Shown: one piece after another, positions 18,465 to 27,782 of the stretch
Layout: each line of letters begins with the position of its first letter
Numbering within the stretch: the stretch's first letter is position 1
Assembly (NCBI GenBank): GCA_964588555.1
Contig: CAZPPT010000004.1
Span: forward strand, 73,698-137,697
From: Candidatus Micrarchaeota archaeon
Lineage (GTDB): Archaea; Micrarchaeota; Micrarchaeia; Anstonellales; Bilamarchaeaceae
Direction: 5' to 3'
Length of the DNA: 64,000 nt
Position numbers and translations under genes: made by a program
The notes under the pieces: model-generated
Told to the model about the DNA's origin: nothing
What the model saw: only the letters and a program-made list of their open reading frames with translations
Database searches by the model: none

Positions 18465-20180
18465 CTACTCCATAAACGTCCTATACCACAGTTCAAAGAG
18501 AAGGAGGATCCACAATCCATATCCTTTTCTACTCTTCGTGATTCCAGTAAGGTTTGTAAGCTCCTTGTACGCGCCCATGTTGATCCCGTCTTCCTTTACA
18601 TGGGATTCGTCAAGAAGGTTAAGCGCGTATTCCATCATTTCCTTTTCCTTAAACCAGTAATAAGGCGTTGCGCCAAACCCGCGCTTTGCCCGTTTTACCG
18701 TAGTCTGCGGAAGGATGCCCCGTACCGCTTCCTTAAGGAGGTATTTCCCATCAAGCCCGCGCAGCTTAAGCGAAAGGGGCGTCTGCCGCGAGTATGCGAG
18801 CATACGGTTGTCAAGAAGCGGGACACGCGCCTCGATGCCGCCGGCCATCGTTGCACGGTCAACCTTTGTGAGGAGCTGGTTTGGAAGCGTCTCGCTTATC
18901 TCAAAGTCAAGCACCGACTGGAGGGAGATGTTTCCACGAAAATAAGAATTGTATCTCATCTCCCCGTATGCAGTTGGTTTTTTTACAATTGCATTGAATG
19001 TTTTTCTATCAGTCATTTTCAAAAATCGTTCATAAAATGTAAGCTTGACCTGTGCAGGGACAAACCAGAAATACGGCGAGAAGAATTTATACCGGTTGTA
19101 ACCGGCAAACATCTCGTCGCCGCCCTCCCCCGTAAGCACGACGGTTACGTATTTCTTTGCATATTGCGAGAGCTTATACACCGGAAGCGCCGCGGCATCC
19201 CAGTTGAGGTCATCATAATAGCTGATAAAATCGCCAAGTATCTTTGGGACTTCATTTGGGTAAATGAACAATTCGTGATGGTCCGTCCCGATTTTTTCAG
19301 CAATGAGCCGCGCATACGCGCTTTCGTCATCGTCCCTCCCAAAGCCGATCGTGAACGTCTTTAAGTCATCATTATTTTTCTTCATAAGCGCAACAACCGT
19401 GCTTGAATCAAGGCCGCCGGAAAGGTATGCACCGACCGGCACATCCGCGACCATCTGCGATTCGACTGATTCTTCAACCGTTTTGAGAAGCGATTCCTTA
19501 TTGATCGCAAGCGGATGATCGTCTGATTTGATATATCTTGAGATCCGGATTCCTTTCTTATCCGCAATAAGCACATGGCCCGGAAGCAGACGCTTTATCC
19601 CTTCAAAAAGCGTTTTTTCACCAAGTGAAATGCCAAACATGAAATACGACGTCACTGCATCCATGTCAAGCGCAGGCCTTTGTTCAAGCCCCTTAAGCAC
19701 AGCCTTTATCTCAGAGCCAAAAACGACCCTGCCGTTCTCCCGCGCGTAATAAAGCGGTTTGATACCTACCCGATCCCGGGCAAGGATCAGCTTCTGCCGG
19801 TCGCTGTCATAAATCGCAAATCCGAACATGCCGTTTAGGTGATTTGCAAATTCGTTCTCCCCGAATTCCTCATATGCGTGTACAATGACTTCCGTATCCG
19901 TGTTCGTATAGAATCGGTGCCCCTTTGCCTCAAGTACACCCTTAAGTTCGCGGTAATTATATATTTCGCCATTGAAGATGATCACGACGCTCTTGTCCTC
20001 ATTGTATATGGGCTGTGCGCCGCTCGTAAGGTCAATGATGCTTAGGCGTCTAAACCCAAGACCGATATTTTTATCAGAAAAAAACCCGATGTCATCAGGC
20101 CCGCGGTGCGCGATGGTGGACGTCATCTTGCGTATCGTGTCGCTTGTATGCTCGCCAAATATCCCGCAGATGCCGCACAT
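18465..20180 (-). CDS. asnB: Asparagine synthetase (glutamine-hydrolysing) family amidotransferase
   Basis: MCGICGIF N-terminal nucleophile, and the PP-loop SGGLDSS. Confidence 0.8.
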   Translation of the reverse strand: MCGICGIFGEHTSDTIRKMTSTIAHRGPDDIGFFSDKNIGLGFRRLSIIDLTSGAQPIYNEDKSVVIIFNGEIYNYRELKGVLEAKGHRFYTNTDTEVIVHAYEEFGENEFANHLNGMFGFAIYDSDRQKLILARDRVGIKPLYYARENGRVVFGSEIKAVLKGLEQRPALDMDAVTSYFMFGISLGEKTLFEGIKRLLPGHVLIADKKGIRISRYIKSDDHPLAINKESLLKTVEESVESQMVADVPVGAYLSGGLDSSTVVALMKKNNDDLKTFTIGFGRDDDESAYARLIAEKIGTDHHELFIYPNEVPKILGDFISYYDDLNWDAAALPVYKLSQYAKKYVTVVLTGEGGDEMFAGYNRYKFFSPYFWFVPAQVKLTFYERFLKMTDRKTFNAIVKKPTAYGEMRYNSYFRGNISLQSVLDFEISETLPNQLLTKVDRATMAGGIEARVPLLDNRMLAYSRQTPLSLKLRGLDGKYLLKEAVRGILPQTTVKRAKRGFGATPYYWFKEKEMMEYALNLLDESHVKEDGINMGAYKELTNLTGITKSRKGYGLWILLLFELWYRTFME

Positions 20181-21329
20181 TTAGACCACTGACTCGTAAA
20201 CCTCGATAATCTTGTCTATTCGTTTTTCTACCGTTAAGTTCTTTATGACATACTCACGTGCTTCTGCCGCCCGTTCCCGTGCCATGCTTTCGTCGCCAAG
20301 GATCGTTTTGATCGCCCGTGCAAGCTCATGTGGGTCCTGCGGCTGTACAAGCACCCCGCGGCCATTTTCAAGGAGTTCCACGTTTCCGCCTACACTGGTT
20401 GCAATTGCAGGTACTCCAAACAGCATCGCCTCCATGAGCGCCCGGCTCAGGCCTTCGGCACGTGTTGGGAGTACGAATATGTCCGCGGCAGCGTACGCTT
20501 CCCTCATGCGTTCATGCGGCAAAAACGGGATTGTCTGTATTTTGGGTGCGTATGTTTTGTTGGTATCAAGCCATGTCCGCACGATCTCCTCATCAAACCC
20601 TCCGCCGATAAGTAAGAATGTGACATCATGTACGTCATTGAGGACTTCGCGCGCGGCGTGAAGGAGCGTATCAAGCCCCTTTTCCCTCACAAACCGGCCG
20701 GTGTAAAGTACAATCCTACCATCACTTGTAATGCCAAGTTCCTTTCGCGCCTGTTTCTTGTCAATTTTTGCATAATATTCCTTATCAACTGCATTTTGTA
20801 TCCCGATCGCACGTATGCCGTATTGTCCTTTCATTTCGTGCGCAAGCGCATGCGAGTCGCACATGACCGCATCAACATTCGTGACGGCAAAACGTTCAAT
20901 GAGCTGCGCAATCTTTTTTCTCATTCCACCTAATCGCACCCCGCTCCATGGCCCGTGCATCGTGAGGACATGCGGCTTACGCTTGATTTTTGTTGCAAGG
21001 ATTGCGGTCACTGCCGCAGGCGGGTTATGGGAGTGTATCACATCCGGCTTGAACTTTCCCACCGCATCAAGAAGCGCCGGAATCGACGTAGCGGTATGAG
21101 TTATCTTGCTTTCCCTAAAACCCAAATCAATGTGCCGTGCCCGGTAAATTGGGATATTAAAAAGTTCCCCCCCGCTATCTCTTTCAAACCGGGTGACGAC
21201 AGCCACTTCATGCCCTTTTTTCCTGATCCCCTCTATCATCTGCGCAATGCAGGCGCTTCCACCGCCTTGCACAAATGTCCCGCGTTTTGTCCTATAGGGG
21301 AAATCCGTGCTGATCATGAGTATTTTCAT
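20181..21329 (-). CDS. Glycosyltransferase family 4
   Basis: GT4 motifs (..EGLSRALMEAMLFGVPAIAT..). Confidence 0.7.
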   Translation of the reverse strand: MKILMISTDFPYRTKRGTFVQGGGSACIAQMIEGIRKKGHEVAVVTRFERDSGGELFNIPIYRARHIDLGFRESKITHTATSIPALLDAVGKFKPDVIHSHNPPAAVTAILATKIKRKPHVLTMHGPWSGVRLGGMRKKIAQLIERFAVTNVDAVMCDSHALAHEMKGQYGIRAIGIQNAVDKEYYAKIDKKQARKELGITSDGRIVLYTGRFVREKGLDTLLHAAREVLNDVHDVTFLLIGGGFDEEIVRTWLDTNKTYAPKIQTIPFLPHERMREAYAAADIFVLPTRAEGLSRALMEAMLFGVPAIATSVGGNVELLENGRGVLVQPQDPHELARAIKTILGDESMARERAAEAREYVIKNLTVEKRIDKIIEVYESVV

Positions 21330-21334
21330 AGCAA

Positions 21335-22426
21335 TCACAGTGTAAGCGATTTGTACAGCTCAGCATAACGTGCGATCATCCGCTCGACCGTAAATTCATT
21401 TTTTATCGTTTCTTTTGCGCGTTCCCCAAGTTCCATCCGTTTTCCTTTATTTTCGATCAACTCAATTATTTTTTCCGCGATCATACCGCTATTCCTTACC
21501 GGTACAAGAATGCCGTTCTTTTCGTGTTTGATTAAGTCCTTGCTTCCATCCGCGTCTGTTGCGACCACTGGCAGCCCCGCAGCCATTGCCTCCATGATCA
21601 CGCCAGGCATGCCGTCCCGCAACGACGGGGAGGCGAATATGTCCGTCGCTGCCAATATGCGTGCGATGTCAGACCTTGTGCCAAGAAACTGCACGCGCTC
21701 GCCAAGCCCAAGCGTGTGCGCAAGCAGCCGGTATTCATTTCTTTTCCTTCCGTCTCCCGCAAGAAGGAGGTACACGTTTGGATGGCGTTCCCTTACCTTC
21801 GCAAATGCCCGCAGGAGGTACTCTTGTCCCTTGTACCAGACCAGCCTTCCGGTAAATGTGATTACCACAACGTCGTTTGGAATTTTTAAGTCCTTTCGCG
21901 CTTCTTCCCGTGACAGTGCGGCATAGTCGATTACCCGCTTTCCGTTTGGTATATATGCGATTTTTTCTTCCCGCACGCCGTCGCGCCGCAATTCCCCTAT
22001 CCCGTCCGTAAAATTGGTCACGGTCTTGTCGGCAAGCCATGCAGTTAATCTGTTTATGATCCCAACAAACCATGGCTTCTCGCGGTCGCTGTCGCGCTTG
22101 CTGCAAATGACCTTTTTGCCAAGGATCTTTCCGATGATACGCGCAAACAGGTTGTCAAGGAATAAATACGAATGGATGATGTTTGGCCGTTCGCGGATAA
22201 CTGTAAAAAAGAACCGGATGAGCGCAAGCGGGATAAATAACGGGCTTGTCATGCCAAGTGAGGTCGTCCGGATGTTTTTTGCCTCAAGTTGTTCGCGGTA
22301 CATGCCGCCCGGATAAACCGAGCAGACAATATGCGTATTTGTCGTATCGTTTGTAATGATTGAGATCATCATCGTTTCAGCACCTGCGGCGGCAAGGGTT
22401 GAGGTAAGGTGAAGGATCTTTGCCAT
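21335..22426 (-). CDS. Glycosyltransferase family 4
   Basis: GT4 motifs (..DGMPGVIMEAMAAGLPVVATD..). Confidence 0.7.
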   Translation of the reverse strand: MAKILHLTSTLAAAGAETMMISIITNDTTNTHIVCSVYPGGMYREQLEAKNIRTTSLGMTSPLFIPLALIRFFFTVIRERPNIIHSYLFLDNLFARIIGKILGKKVICSKRDSDREKPWFVGIINRLTAWLADKTVTNFTDGIGELRRDGVREEKIAYIPNGKRVIDYAALSREEARKDLKIPNDVVVITFTGRLVWYKGQEYLLRAFAKVRERHPNVYLLLAGDGRKRNEYRLLAHTLGLGERVQFLGTRSDIARILAATDIFASPSLRDGMPGVIMEAMAAGLPVVATDADGSKDLIKHEKNGILVPVRNSGMIAEKIIELIENKGKRMELGERAKETIKNEFTVERMIARYAELYKSLTL

Positions 22427-22461
22427 ATAGATAGTAAGATGAAAAAGGGTTTAAATATGGG

Positions 22462-23700
22462 CTATTGGGACCGCATTTTCTCCGGACCTACCCTGCGCAG
22501 TATGTTTGCATGCGGGAAAAACCGTACGTCGTCATGGATCCCGGTAACGAGTTGGGTTCTGTCGTCAATGATAGGTGGCATAAGTGCGTATACTATTTCT
22601 ACGGGGGTTGGTGGGGCGTTAAGCAATCTGACCACGTGAAGCGGCCTGCCTTCCGCTGTTTTATCGACTGCGATTGGGTTTTCTTCAAGGGTCCGTTCGT
22701 TTGCAGCCGCATATGCTGCAAAGTATGCAATGTCCCCGATTCGCCGTATTTGTAAATGATACGCTGCACCGGGAAACGGAACAAGCGTGGAATCTTTGTG
22801 TGCCTGCAAGCCTCTATTTGAAGCTCGAACTGCAAACTGCGTATCGCCAACATCCGCACTTCCTCTAAATACCCCGATTCCGTCGTAACTTTCAATGAAT
22901 GTTGGTACAAGTGCATCTGCTACTGCAACCATTGAATAGGGTCTGCGGTCATTGGATTCATGCATTACGGCCCAGTTAAGTTCAAAATCTTCTACGGGAT
23001 ACGGAAGCCTCATGGCAACATACGATTGCGTCCCCGCCACCCCGTTACCCCACGGAAAGTTTACAAATTCAATTCCCCGACCCGTTATTTGGAAATTTGC
23101 ACGCTCATCTTTTCTTAAATCAAACATGTCAAAATCAGCACCTTTTCCGTATGCAAGAAATACCGTTTTTGGGTTTGATACTGAGGCTGCATTTGGATTC
23201 CCGTAGTAAAGTGCAATGCTCGTCTGTGTTGCAAGCGGTGTTCGCACCCACACTGCACTGGCGCGAGCTTCGGCAAACTCAATAAAGAGCGGAAGCGTTT
23301 CGTGTGCATCCCCGCATGTACCTGCAAATGCACGTACGTCTGCCAGGTCGGGCTTTGCATGCGCATAATTGAAATTTTGCGGCCGAAGGATGATCGGATG
23401 TGCCGTACCTTCTGCAAACGCCCCTTCAAGCGTCACGGTGACGCAATACTTTGAATCCTTACTGCCCCAGCCGCTCGCGGTACCGCCATCCATCGATATG
23501 CCTGCATCAGCCTTTGGTTTTTGAGGTAATGATGTTGTAGCGTTTCCGCATGCAAGTGCTGCTCCTGCTACCAATGTTGCGCATGCGAACCTGCTCAATG
23601 AGCGTGTTCGAACTCGGGCTCTATTTGGAGTAATCGGACGAATCGCCTTTTTCACAATTGTTTTTGCCATTTCATAATATTTGATTTTCATAATAATCAC
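22462..23700 (-). CDS. Secreted (possibly lipid-anchored) protein with a conserved beta-rich domain paralogous to the next gene. Possibly LamG/concanavalin-like or DUF2341-type.
   Basis: N-terminal signal peptide ending ..LVAGAALACGNATT. Shared motifs with 23706..25418 include TLPLFIEFAE/RLPFITEEL, VWVRT/IAVRTRNPNVWAV and ALYYGN/ALFYGS. Confidence 0.5.
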   Translation of the reverse strand: MIIMKIKYYEMAKTIVKKAIRPITPNRARVRTRSLSRFACATLVAGAALACGNATTSLPQKPKADAGISMDGGTASGWGSKDSKYCVTVTLEGAFAEGTAHPIILRPQNFNYAHAKPDLADVRAFAGTCGDAHETLPLFIEFAEARASAVWVRTPLATQTSIALYYGNPNAASVSNPKTVFLAYGKGADFDMFDLRKDERANFQITGRGIEFVNFPWGNGVAGTQSYVAMRLPYPVEDFELNWAVMHESNDRRPYSMVAVADALVPTFIESYDGIGVFRGSADVGDTQFAVRASNRGLQAHKDSTLVPFPGAAYHLQIRRIGDIAYFAAYAAANERTLEENPIAVDKTAEGRPLHVVRLLNAPPTPVEIVYALMPPIIDDRTQLVTGIHDDVRFFPHANILRRVGPEKMRSQ

Positions 23701-23705
23701 TTATT

Positions 23706-25418
23706 TTATGGTCGTGTATACACCATTGAACCAAGAAGTGCCTGCGGTTCCGGCACGACCAGTTTACGTACGGTAAGGTCGTTCACCCATCCGTTTGCAG
23801 CCCTCGACGGGTCAGCAACATCAAGCCCTACGAGCATATAGACATATTGTAATTGGCCAAGGGTGGCGTTATTTACTGCGGTTGAAAATACCTCGTTTGC
23901 TTCGTTCGCCCTATCAAGGCGCGATGTGTAATATGCTATTGATACTGAGTTTCCCGCATGTTTTAGGCGTACATAATAGGGCGTGCCTGCTTGTGCAATC
24001 GCACGTGAAGCGGGCGGGTTGATTGATGCAAGTTCCGGAAATGTTTGTGTGCCGCCCTGTGCTATCCGAAGCGCAAGTGCATTTTGTGCGCCGACATCTC
24101 GTCGGTACACCCCTACGCCGTTCTGGTGGTTTATTGCATCAAACCCAAGCGTATCAAAGACACCAAACATCATATAGGGGCGCGTCCCTTCGTTCTGCGT
24201 GTCGTATTGGACCGTGATGTCAAACGTAAAGCCGCCAAGCGGCCCAACGTCTTTGTATATAAACGATCCCGTTCCGGATACGCCATTGCCCCATGGGTAA
24301 TTAACGTATTGTACGCGGCCGTTTGCAATGCTAAACGCCTGTCGCGTGTTCACTTGCATAAATGCGCTTAGGTCCCTGCCTGCTGCAAATGCCACATACG
24401 TATCATGCGGGGTAAACTGGTTTGGAAGCAAGCTGCCATAGAAAAGCGCAACTGCCCAAACGTTCGGATTTCGCGTCCTAACTGCGATTTTGCTTTCCCC
24501 ACCTATGCTGAGTTCCTCCGTAATGAACGGAAGCCGTTCTGCTACGGTTGCCGTTGTGCACGTGCCTTCTGTAAATACAAGGTCAGCCAGATCCCCACGC
24601 GCGTTCGCATAATCAAAGCCAGGTGGAATAATTAGGGTGTGCGTATATCCTGCGGGGTAGCTGCCTGAAATGGCAATGTCCCTGCAAAATGGCGAGCGCG
24701 AATCTGCCCACACAACTCCGCTGTCAGGAATTCCGCCATCCGCTCCGAGGCCGCCATCAACTTCGATACCCGTATCGATACCGGCTTCTGCAACTTCAGC
24801 ATCACTCACATCGGCAGGTGAACCGTCTGCATCCTCAAACGCGTCGCTTATTTCTGCGTCCCTCTGCCCCGCCCCGTCATGCGCCGCTTGGCTGTCGGCG
24901 ATTTCCGGCACGTCTTTTAGTTCTTCCCGGTCAGGGCTCTCGTGGGCATCTTCGATTTCGGCATCACGAGCCGCGCCGTCCGGAATGTGTGCATCAACAG
25001 GCTCGTTTGCATCAGCTTCATCTTCTGCATCTCTTCGAATGTGTCCATCCTCAAGCGTATGCGCATCGGTCGTTTCGCGCGCGTCCGTTACTTCTGCATC
25101 CGGGCGGTCGGCCGCATCCCTAATGATAATGACAGTTCCGTCCTGCGGCCCACTGTCTGGCGATGGTTCGATAACCACTGCACCGTCATCAGTTTGGGCA
25201 TCTACGAGCCGTGCATCAGGTTGTTGCTCCCCTATATCTTGGCGGTCTTCATGAGGAATTGGAGCATCAGCCCCTTTGCCGGCATCTTTCCCGTAAGCAT
25301 CTGGCTTTTCACTTCCTGCGTCAACACCGGCACTTGGCTCGTCTAAAACTAATGGAGGGGGGTCAAAAAAGCACCCCGTTGCCCCTACTAAAAGAAGTCC
25401 TGTAACCCTGCCCTTCAT
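23706..25418 (-). CDS. Secreted protein. It has a signal peptide, a long acidic Asp/Ala/Glu-rich low-complexity linker, and a C-terminal domain paralogous to the 22462..23700 gene.
   Basis: MKGRVTGLLLVGATGCF signal/lipobox-like N-terminus. About 200 aa of DAxxDA-type repeats precede the conserved C-terminal domain. Confidence 0.5.
   Translation of the reverse strand: MKGRVTGLLLVGATGCFFDPPPLVLDEPSAGVDAGSEKPDAYGKDAGKGADAPIPHEDRQDIGEQQPDARLVDAQTDDGAVVIEPSPDSGPQDGTVIIIRDAADRPDAEVTDARETTDAHTLEDGHIRRDAEDEADANEPVDAHIPDGAARDAEIEDAHESPDREELKDVPEIADSQAAHDGAGQRDAEISDAFEDADGSPADVSDAEVAEAGIDTGIEVDGGLGADGGIPDSGVVWADSRSPFCRDIAISGSYPAGYTHTLIIPPGFDYANARGDLADLVFTEGTCTTATVAERLPFITEELSIGGESKIAVRTRNPNVWAVALFYGSLLPNQFTPHDTYVAFAAGRDLSAFMQVNTRQAFSIANGRVQYVNYPWGNGVSGTGSFIYKDVGPLGGFTFDITVQYDTQNEGTRPYMMFGVFDTLGFDAINHQNGVGVYRRDVGAQNALALRIAQGGTQTFPELASINPPASRAIAQAGTPYYVRLKHAGNSVSIAYYTSRLDRANEANEVFSTAVNNATLGQLQYVYMLVGLDVADPSRAANGWVNDLTVRKLVVPEPQALLGSMVYTRP
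24640..25240 (-). repeat. Low-complexity acidic (D/A/E-rich) repeat-coding region inside the 23706..25418 gene
   Basis: Translation shows repeated DA..DA/ED..DA units. The DNA shows recurrent gcatc/gacgc motifs. Confidence 0.5.
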
Positions 25419-25625
25419 TTTTCTGAAAAATCCATTTGCAGTTTTTTTGCCTTCTTCTTGCCGGGCAGATTTTCTAAATAGGTACATATAAAAATTGTAC
25501 ACCGCACTATTTAAAAAACCATATTGATTCATAATAATACACTAAAAAACAAGCGAACAATAGCTTTAAATAATCTTGTTTGTACATTTGTATTTCTCTT
25601 CTGTTCAAATTAAAAGAGGTAGAGT

Positions 25626-25925
25626 ATGGCAAAAGCAAAAATTACATTAAGCGGAGAAAATTCAAAGGATCTCGATAACGTCGTTACCCAGATCAAGGAA
25701 CTTGCAACAATGCTTAACATGCAATTCGCAGGTCCGGTGCGGCTACCGCGAAAAAAGCTTGAGATATCATGCAGGCGCACCCCCTGTGGTGACGGCAGTG
25801 ATACCTATGAGCATTGGGAAAAGCGCATCAGCAAGCGATTGGTAGTGGTCGAAGGCGACGAGATCAAGCAGATTCTGAGGGTAAAAGTCCCTTCTAACGT
25901 GTTTGTAAAGATATTTGTAAGTTAA
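25626..25925 (+). CDS. rps10: 30S ribosomal protein uS10
   Basis: MAKAKITLSGENSKDLDNVVTQIKE...GPVRLPRKKLE...GDGSDTYEHWEKRISKRL matches the archaeal S10 consensus. Confidence 0.75.
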   Translation: MAKAKITLSGENSKDLDNVVTQIKELATMLNMQFAGPVRLPRKKLEISCRRTPCGDGSDTYEHWEKRISKRLVVVEGDEIKQILRVKVPSNVFVKIFVS

Positions 25926-25937
25926 TTGGTGCTTATT

Positions 25938-26051
25938 ATGGGTTCAAAACCGCGTAAATGGAAAAAGAAGAATCGCATGCGCTGGAAATGGGTAAAGAAG
26001 CGACGAAAACGCATGAAGCGAAGGCAGAAACGAAGAGTAGGCGAATTGTAG
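25938..26051 (+). CDS. rpl41e: 50S ribosomal protein eL41 (37 aa: MGSKPRKWKKKNRMRWKWVKKRRKRMKRRQKRRVGEL)
   Basis: This ORF is not in the supplied ORF track because it is shorter than 60 aa. The basic PRKWKKK.RMRWKW.KKR motif is characteristic of archaeal L41e. It lies 12 nt after uS10. Confidence 0.65.
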   Translation: MGSKPRKWKKKNRMRWKWVKKRRKRMKRRQKRRVGEL

Positions 26052-26222
26052 TACTGGTTCTTATAAACCATCGGCAAAGAAACTGCCAATTCATTGTCCA
26101 GTAGCCGTTATCTCTTTACTCTATTTTTGGGTTTGAAATTAACAACCAGTAACTGGTTCCAAAGTTGAATGGAAAAAATTCCTGCCCGATAGCACTTTAA
26201 ACTTGTTTTACAATATACCTAC

Positions 26223-27161
26223 ATGTCATCCTGTTCAATGAGCACTAGCCCTTTCATTTCAACTGAAGAGAAGCCATCGTGGCTCAAGATCAGGATGCCG
26301 ACGGGCGAGGCAGAAAAAAAGTACGAACAGGTAAAACTCCTTACCAAATCAAAGCGCCTTCATACGATTTGCGTTGAAGCGAAATGCCCAAACATGAATG
26401 AGTGCTGGAGCGGGGGAACCGCCACATTTCTTCTCATGGGCGACATCTGCACGCGCTACTGCCGTTTCTGCGCGACAAAGAGTGCACGTGCCGGAGTTCC
26501 GATGCACGACCTTGCAGATGAGCCTGAAAACCTGGCAGCCGCAGTGGATGAGATGAAGCTTGAATACATCGTGCTTACAAGCGTTGACCGTGACGACCTT
26601 GCGGATCAGGGATCAGAACACTTTGCAAAATGTGTGCGTGCGGTAAAACAAAGGACACCCCACGTTATTGTTGAAACGCTGATCCCGGATTTTCGCGGTG
26701 ACGAGTCATGCATCGCACGCGTTGCGGATGCGAAGCCGGACGTAATTTCACATAATTTGGAAACAGTACGCGAGTTACAGGGCGGGATCCGTGATCGGCG
26801 CGCCAATTACGAGCAGTCATTATCAGTACTTGCGTCCGTAAAGCGCTTGTATCCGCATATTTTTACAAAAAGCGCGCTCATGCTTGGGCTTGGCGAGCGG
26901 GATGAACAAATCAAAGAGGCAATGGACGATTTACGCGCAATCGACTGCGACATCCTGACGTTGGGGCAGTACCTCCAGCCATCACGGCGACATTTGGCCG
27001 TCAAGGAATTTATACGCCCCGACAAGTTCAGATACTGGGAGGAAGTTGGAAAGAAAAAGGGCTTTCTCTTTGTTGCAGCGGGGCCCTTTGTACGGAGTAG
27101 CTATCGTGCCGGGGAATTTTTCATAAAAAATATTGTCAAAGGAAGGGCTGCGTCATCATGA
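26223..27161 (+). CDS. lipA: Lipoyl synthase
   Basis: CPNMNECWSGGTATFLLMGDICTRYCRFC shows the two Cys clusters of LipA. Confidence 0.85.
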   Translation: MSSCSMSTSPFISTEEKPSWLKIRMPTGEAEKKYEQVKLLTKSKRLHTICVEAKCPNMNECWSGGTATFLLMGDICTRYCRFCATKSARAGVPMHDLADEPENLAAAVDEMKLEYIVLTSVDRDDLADQGSEHFAKCVRAVKQRTPHVIVETLIPDFRGDESCIARVADAKPDVISHNLETVRELQGGIRDRRANYEQSLSVLASVKRLYPHIFTKSALMLGLGERDEQIKEAMDDLRAIDCDILTLGQYLQPSRRHLAVKEFIRPDKFRYWEEVGKKKGFLFVAAGPFVRSSYRAGEFFIKNIVKGRAASS

Positions 27162-27439
27162 AGCACGGGAAAAATGTTTTCAAGGCAGGAAAACTCATCA
27201 AGATCGACCTTGAATACGAGTCAGTTATTCGTTCAATCAAGATCCATGGCGATTTTTTCTTGTACCCAGAGGACGGGATCGAAAAATTGCAGGAGAAATT
27301 GGTTGGCACGGGGATCGACAGACAAAAAATTAAGGAGCGCATTGACCAAATTGTAAATGAGCTTGGACTGGAGCCATTTGGGTTTACGAGCGAGGAACTG
27401 GCGGAGGCAATCATCGGTGCCTGCAAATGGACGCCTTAA
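27158..27439 (+). CDS. Lipoate-protein ligase A C-terminal domain protein (LplA-C / LplB-like)
   Basis: A 93 aa protein overlapping the lipA stop. It resembles the separate C-terminal LplA domain found in Thermoplasma-type split lipoate ligases. Confidence 0.5.
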   Translation: MKHGKNVFKAGKLIKIDLEYESVIRSIKIHGDFFLYPEDGIEKLQEKLVGTGIDRQKIKERIDQIVNELGLEPFGFTSEELAEAIIGACKWTP

Positions 27440-27782
27440 TCGTTTGGGCAAAAATGGACAATCTTTGTTTTCCTGCGGGTCAAATCGTTCGCTTATTTTC
27501 CTTCTTTTGGTAGAAAAATACTGCGCGTTGCGGCAGGCGCGTTATTGAAAATATTAATTTTAGAAAAAATGAATTTTTGAATTTTGTTTTCTTCGTCGTA
27601 AAAATTAGTTTTTCTTATTTTTTTCGTCGCTCATTTGAATATTTTATGTTTATTGTATTTTTGCTTTTTCCCGACGTAAAATAAAAAATCGGTGATATGT
27701 TTATAAAGTTGTTATGCCGAAAAAGTTCTTTGTAATTTTCTCCCAGAAAAAAATAAACGACCAAACAAGAACAGGTGTTTTT

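Noticed and set aside
18264-19364. 366 aa plus-strand ORF
   Set aside because: It is antisense to asnB and the flippase gene, which have strong family motifs (MCGICGI, SGGLDSS). Its translation is low complexity.
24640-25240. Repetitive DNA that superficially resembles a repeat array
   Set aside because: It is an in-frame coding low-complexity acidic linker. It lacks the unique-spacer, constant-repeat architecture of CRISPR.
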